In this document: positions 36,895 through 41,760 of the stretch, in pieces | Layout: each line of letters starts with the position of its first letter | Position numbering within the stretch: position 1 is the stretch's first letter | NCBI GenBank assembly: GCA_002269645.1 | Contig: NIVC01002834.1 | Coordinates: 1-41,760, forward strand | DNA from: Macrostomum lignano | Lineage: Eukaryota | DNA: 41,760 nucleotides | Direction: 5' to 3' | Program-made: the position numbers and the translations under genes | The notes under the pieces: model-generated | Database searches by the model: none | What the model was told of the DNA's origin: nothing | Seen by the model: the letters and a program-made list of their open reading frames with translations, nothing else

Positions 36895-37889
36895 CTATTC
36901 GAGATCTGCTTTTGGTAATAGCAATCCATTGCCCATAACATTTGAATTTAAGAAAATTCCTGAACCTGCTTTTGGTCGCATTTCGAGATATAATCCGCTT
37001 CCGTCGTGTTTTTCAATGATGTTAAAATCTTTTCCTAACTTAGTAAAAATCTTCTGAACTGCTGGCCTAAAATTGGATCCAATATTGTCAAAAAATCCTT
37101 TAGCTTTCTCACCCGTTTTTTCTAAAGTTTGGCCAAATTCATGTAGTTTATCTGCGACAACTCCACTTCCTTGGGTTGTTCCTTTTAGTACCAAACCATT
37201 CCCGTGATTTGTTCCTTGCAAGAGTAAACCTTTTCCGGCTGCTAACCTAGCTTCTGCATTTCTTTTTTGCTCTGCTGTTGCTGAACTACTATTAATGTAT
37301 CAATAAGTTTCTGTTTGAATTGTGCGTCCTGCGTTATTTGCTGTCTTTGAAATTCGGCCTCTCTTTTAGCTTTTTCGTCCGCAGCTTTTTTGTCATTTAC
37401 TGCTTTTGCAATTCCAGCTGCTCCGCCAGCAACTCCTCCAGCTGCTCCAATTCCTGCAAAAATTATTGGGAGCAAAGCTGCAAGGGGCAAGATTCCCCCC
37501 TGTTTCGCTCTTAACTCTCCTAGCTGTTTTACATTATCATGAATTCTTTTTCCGGCTAAACCGACTGCTCCAGCTGCGCCAAGTCCTAAAAGAAGCGGTA
37601 GAATGGGTAGTAATCCGCCGTCCTTTTTAGTGTGAGTCTCCATTAAAAATTTCACATCGGAGTCTGTCAACCTATAATTTCTGCCGCGATTCTTAAAGGA
37701 TATTGGCCTTCCTTCTTGTGCATATTTTGCTGCGAGTTTAAATGTATCGATGTCGTAGTCAAACTTTTTACCTAATCGATCCAATCTTTTTAACATTGTG
37801 TGGGTTTGCTTATTATCATCAAGATTTAAGGTATCTACAATTTCTCCTATAAAATATAACCGGTTTTCATCATCATTAACTGAGTCCAT
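36895..37889 (-). CDS. Gly-rich core/membrane-lytic precursor with adenovirus pX-like segments and serial GxG sites (one frameshift ~37290)
   Basis: DGG|LLPILPLLLGLGAAG and QGG|ILPLAALLPIIFAGIGAAGGVAGG. After +1 correction continues AAGKG, HGNG, QGSG, DGSG, AGSG, MGNG. Confidence 0.65.
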
Positions 37890-37899
37890 TTTTATATTG

Positions 37900-38298
37900 T
37901 TAAAATTTCTTTAATCCTTTTCCACCTTTAATAGTATTTAACATTTTATTAAAATCCTGAATATCTTTATTACTTATTGGCGTGGTTTTCGTGGGGGTTT
38001 CTGTTGGTTGTGCGGCTTGTGCCAGCTTTAAATCTTTTATTGCATTTATTTGTGAGAGGGTGTCGTTAAAATCTCTCAATTTCTTTAGTTCTTCTGCCGC
38101 TCTAGCTGCTTCAATTCCTCCTTTTACAGCATTTGTTATAGAGCCTGCTGCAGAGCCAGCTTGCCCTATAAGCCCCATATTGTCTTTAACAAAATTTGCT
38201 GCTGTTCCAACCAAATCAAAAAGTCCCTCACCTCGGTATTCAATTGGATCTCCTACCTGATACTCATTTATATTTTGCACATGTGTAACGTGTGTCAT
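37900..38298 (-). CDS. Putative core protein (132 aa) with RGEG|LF site and amphipathic helix
   Basis: aaaaaaATG at 38298; YRGEGLFDLVGTAANFV; C-terminal KGGKG. Confidence 0.65.
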   Translation of the reverse strand: MTHVTHVQNINEYQVGDPIEYRGEGLFDLVGTAANFVKDNMGLIGQAGSAAGSITNAVKGGIEAARAAEELKKLRDFNDTLSQINAIKDLKLAQAAQPTETPTKTTPISNKDIQDFNKMLNTIKGGKGLKKF

Positions 38299-38712
38299 TT
38301 TTTGTTCTATTTTTAGTAACAGAAAAAAAGAATACGAGAACACACAAAAGAATATTTTTCAACCCAAGATGGTGTATATACTGCATTGAGTCATTTTTTT
38401 CTGGACGTCCAGAATTTTTCTGGACGATTTGTTAAAAACTTATTCATTGATGGTGGGCACCCCATTTTACTTGTGACGCGCGGAGCCTGTCTTCTTCTTC
38501 CTGAGAGATGAGCTAGAACTGGGTTGATGGCTGTGGTTTTTATAGAGTTGGATGGCTGAGTGGGCGTTCAATTCCTGCTACGGCAAGATTTTGCAAGCTA
38601 GCCAATAGTGGCTATGAGAGTAATTTTTTGTTGAGTGTTACTATTACCATGACTCAGTTTAAACTCTTTTGTGACCCTTCGCGCCTGCGGCGCGGGCAAG
38701 GGGTTATAGAGT

Positions 38713-38979
38713 AGTAGTATAGAAAAAGACGCTTCTAGATCAGACCTTATTTTAATGACCGTTTGTAAGGTCTTAAGAGGGGGGACGCGAGGGGAGTGTT
38801 GGGGAGTGTTTGGAAGTGTTGGGAATGATTTTTATTGTCAGGGGTGATTATGGGTGATTAGATGTGTTAAGGGTGTTTAGATGTGTTTTTTTATTTACCC
38901 CCCGTGTCCCCCCTCTAGACCCTTAAAACGGTCATTAAAAAAGTGCTCTGGGTCTAGAAGCGTCTTTTTCTATACTACT
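38713..38979. repeat. Right-terminal fold-back palindrome
   Basis: Perfect 27-bp arms 38713-38739/38953-38979 extended by an imperfect ~50-bp stem; G/T-rich loop with gagtgtt-type repeats. Confidence 0.9.
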
Positions 38980-39302
38980 TTCGCCGATTTTTCCAGCTCG
39001 TCGATGGCGGCAAAGTCCAGCTCAGCCAATGCCGCGTCGTCGTTCCATTCGTCAACCGCAGCGGTTGCCTCTGTCACAGATGAGGCTGCCGACGGAGGTG
39101 CTGTCACTTGTATGGTCATTGTTGCCGGCACACGGATTTTAGGCTGCGAAACATTTGTGCCAGCTGCTGGTATCCTAGCTGCCGCCGCCGCCGCCGCCGC
39201 CGAAGTCAGTGTCTGCTGGCTCCCACCAGATGAGCCACTCCGGACCCGAGAGTTGACAGCGGCAGCAGAATCAAACCGTATGTAGGACGACATGATGGCC
39301 AA
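38980..39302 (-). pseudogene. GC-rich host or TE coding fragment truncated at the Polinton right end
   Basis: ORF with poly-Ala and acidic DEWNDDAALAELDFAAIDELE motif runs directly into the ACTACT terminus. Confidence 0.35.
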
Positions 39303-41760
39303 GAGTAGACGCTATAATGCGGCTTGTGCGGCCAAACATAGCAGGGAGCGAATGCGTTCAAGGACAGACTAACTGGCAGGCAGGGGGCTAGCTCGGGCAG
39401 AGGAGAATTGAGCAATGGCTATCAATGCTGCATGCATACATAACCATATACGAGAAGAGCTGCCACAAGTGTCTTTGCAGAGTATTATATTATTTTATTA
39501 CTAATATTATGGCTTTTTGCGTTCTACACATTTTCCATTCTATTTTGGCAATCGTGCAATCAAAGTAAAAATCTTTTCATTTAATTCAGACAGTTTATGG
39601 TAGTTCTTGGCCGGACGTGCATTCAATTGCAATCAATTCAAACAATTTGCAATCAATTCCGACAGTTGGCTATGAATTGGCTTTTTCTGTCCTCCTATCT
39701 ATGGCTCATACTGCGAAATTTCCAATCAATTCCGACAAATTTCAATCTATTTAGACGCGCACAGTGTGAACCTCCTTTTTTAATTTTCCGTTCAGTGTAA
39801 CCTTCCACCCGGGGTAAACCCCTCCTTCCAACCGTGGTAAGCTCATGAGAATCTAATAAACGAGTCTGGGCTCGCCCCGCCTTGGCCAGACTCGAGTGGA
39901 ATACTTACATGTAAAACAGCCTCGCAGAAAGGAAATACCTGCACGGGAATGTACTGTACATTTTTCTAAAATTTCAATACGACCCGAGGTCCATACTACT
40001 GAGTCCGAATTGCCCAAATCCAGAACTTCTCGACATACAAATAGTTGCGTTTAATTATTTAGCATTTTTTCTAATATTTAAAAATATTTTGCCATAGTAG
40101 TCAACGCCCTTGGACGAGCGTATTTTAATTAAGGCGCTGTTTAAAAAATCAAATTGTTCTCCAAGACTTCTGACCTCGGATTAGTGATCTAGAATCAAGA
40201 GTTCTTAAACTAAGTTCTAGCTATAATCAAGTCTCAGGGATTTGCTTCGTGAATTACCACGGTGTTGACAGCAATCCACTAAAATTAAAGTAATGTTAGA
40301 TAAATCTACTACCATTTGACTACAGTTTCCGTATCGGCCCATCCTGTCCTCCTAGCATTCTGAAGGACGAAAAAATCGACCGTGCAGCCACGATGACAGC
40401 TACCCTCCCCTGAGCCGGAGGTACTCAGCTGTTGGAGCTCCCACCGCACCATAGTTTTGTTAAATCGACTCGAATTCCCGGAAATTCCGGCGTCGATTTG
40501 AAAGCAGCCGAAAATTCACTGAGCTCGTAACTACTAAACTAACTACTGAATTCACCGGCACTTGGGTTCACCGGATTTTTAACTTTATTTTTAAGGCTTA
40601 AAAATATACATAATCGATAGCGCAAGTAAAACTAGAGATGCGCCTAGATTTTTGGCTCTGCGCGTTGCCCCTGGACATCAGGAGGGCGATTTTTGTTATT
40701 TTTTGGGGGGTGAAACCGGCGGTGAACCCAATAAATCCTTCCAGAGAGCTGAAAACCTGTCATGCAATATTTCAAAGCAAAATATAGGCAGATTTCGACG
40801 TGCGCATAAAATTTCAGCGTGCGCGTTGCTCCTGAACTGCAGGAGAACGTTTTTTTGTTAAATTCCGGTGTTGAATGACTGCCGCTGAACTCCGCGGTGA
40901 ACGAAATTAAGTGCGTTTCCCGAGTCAAAAAATAGTAAATTTTCCTATTAAAAAAGTTATCAAATTAAAGTTTTATCACTTTCATCAGCATTTTTGCACT
41001 CAATTTTGTGTTGACTGTTAAGCTATTTATTTTAATGCAAAGCGAAAACATTAAAAAATATTTCGAACTGCGAGTCTTTATTGCGCAACGTGGCAGCAGG
41101 CAGTTACAGCGCACTTGCGCATAAAAAATACATTATATTTATACGCCGTGTGGTATTTTTGTGGCCATACTTAATAATGAAGCCTTTTATGCTGTTTTAC
41201 TTCCTATATTTTTAGATTTATTTTTCAATTACGTCTTGAAACATGCAGTCAAAGTGTTAATATCAGTATAGGCAATAAAATAAAATTGGCATTTCTTGGC
41301 TTGATGCTTTTTACAACTTGTTAAAACCTCTATTTTAATATTTCTTCTCTTCTAATAAGTCAAATTATAAACATAATATCTATTTAAGATTCCATAGTGC
41401 TTTTCCATTAAGTATAAATTCAATTATATCAGGCAGGCACTTAGTATACTTTTATAAATAATAACTATAACATGCAATAAAAATATTGACTATACTAGCC
41501 TATTTAATTACTTGTAATTTTATGTAATATTACTAGCCAATAAATATTTTTATATTTGATTTCATTGTAATTATAAAAAATTTAAAAAATTCTGTATATT
41601 TATAACATTGTTGACTCATAAAATTCTTTCTTGTTTTTTCTCCTAACCATAATTATTATTTCAAAAAATATACATCAAGAATTATTAATTTTTCTTGATT
41701 TGTAAATAAAAATATTACCCTGCAATTTCAATATTTTTCATGTATTTTATATAAAATGCG

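Larger units (their letters stand above)
21023..38979. mobile_element. Polinton/Maverick (adintovirus-like) endogenous virus, 17,957 bp
   Basis: AGTAGTATA...TATACTACT termini. Abrupt switch to AT-rich, intergenic-poor gene array. Full hallmark gene set: pPolB, rve integrase, MCP, penton, ATPase, cysteine protease. No TSD found. Confidence 0.95.

Overview
Eukaryotic (animal) genomic window. The minisatellite-dense, poly-Gln/Ala-rich style is suggestive of a flatworm such as Macrostomum (inference only). The left half (1-21 kb) has nested hAT-type MITEs, seven different tandem arrays and a three-exon scratch (Snail superfamily) zinc-finger gene whose second intron is almost entirely a 15-bp satellite. 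The right half holds an apparently complete 17,957-bp Polinton/Maverick (adintovirus-like) endogenous virus (21023-38979). It encodes pPolB, integrase, double-jelly-roll major capsid, penton, packaging ATPase, adenain-like protease, fiber and core proteins. Headline observation: the viral PLA2X-integrase gene is split, exactly in the PLA2 'YNFAG|PG' calcium loop, by a 326-nt ORF-less self-splicing group I intron (IC1-like: P1-P9, P5abc, omega-G) with an unusual covarying P4/P6 core. A free-standing HNH endonuclease gene lies immediately upstream and overlaps its start, which is the layout expected for collaborative homing. The element also has non-matching fold-back termini instead of ordinary TIRs, and a family of GC-rich GNA-triloop double-hairpin micro-insertions inside genes. 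All structures were read by eye; no folding or database search was run.
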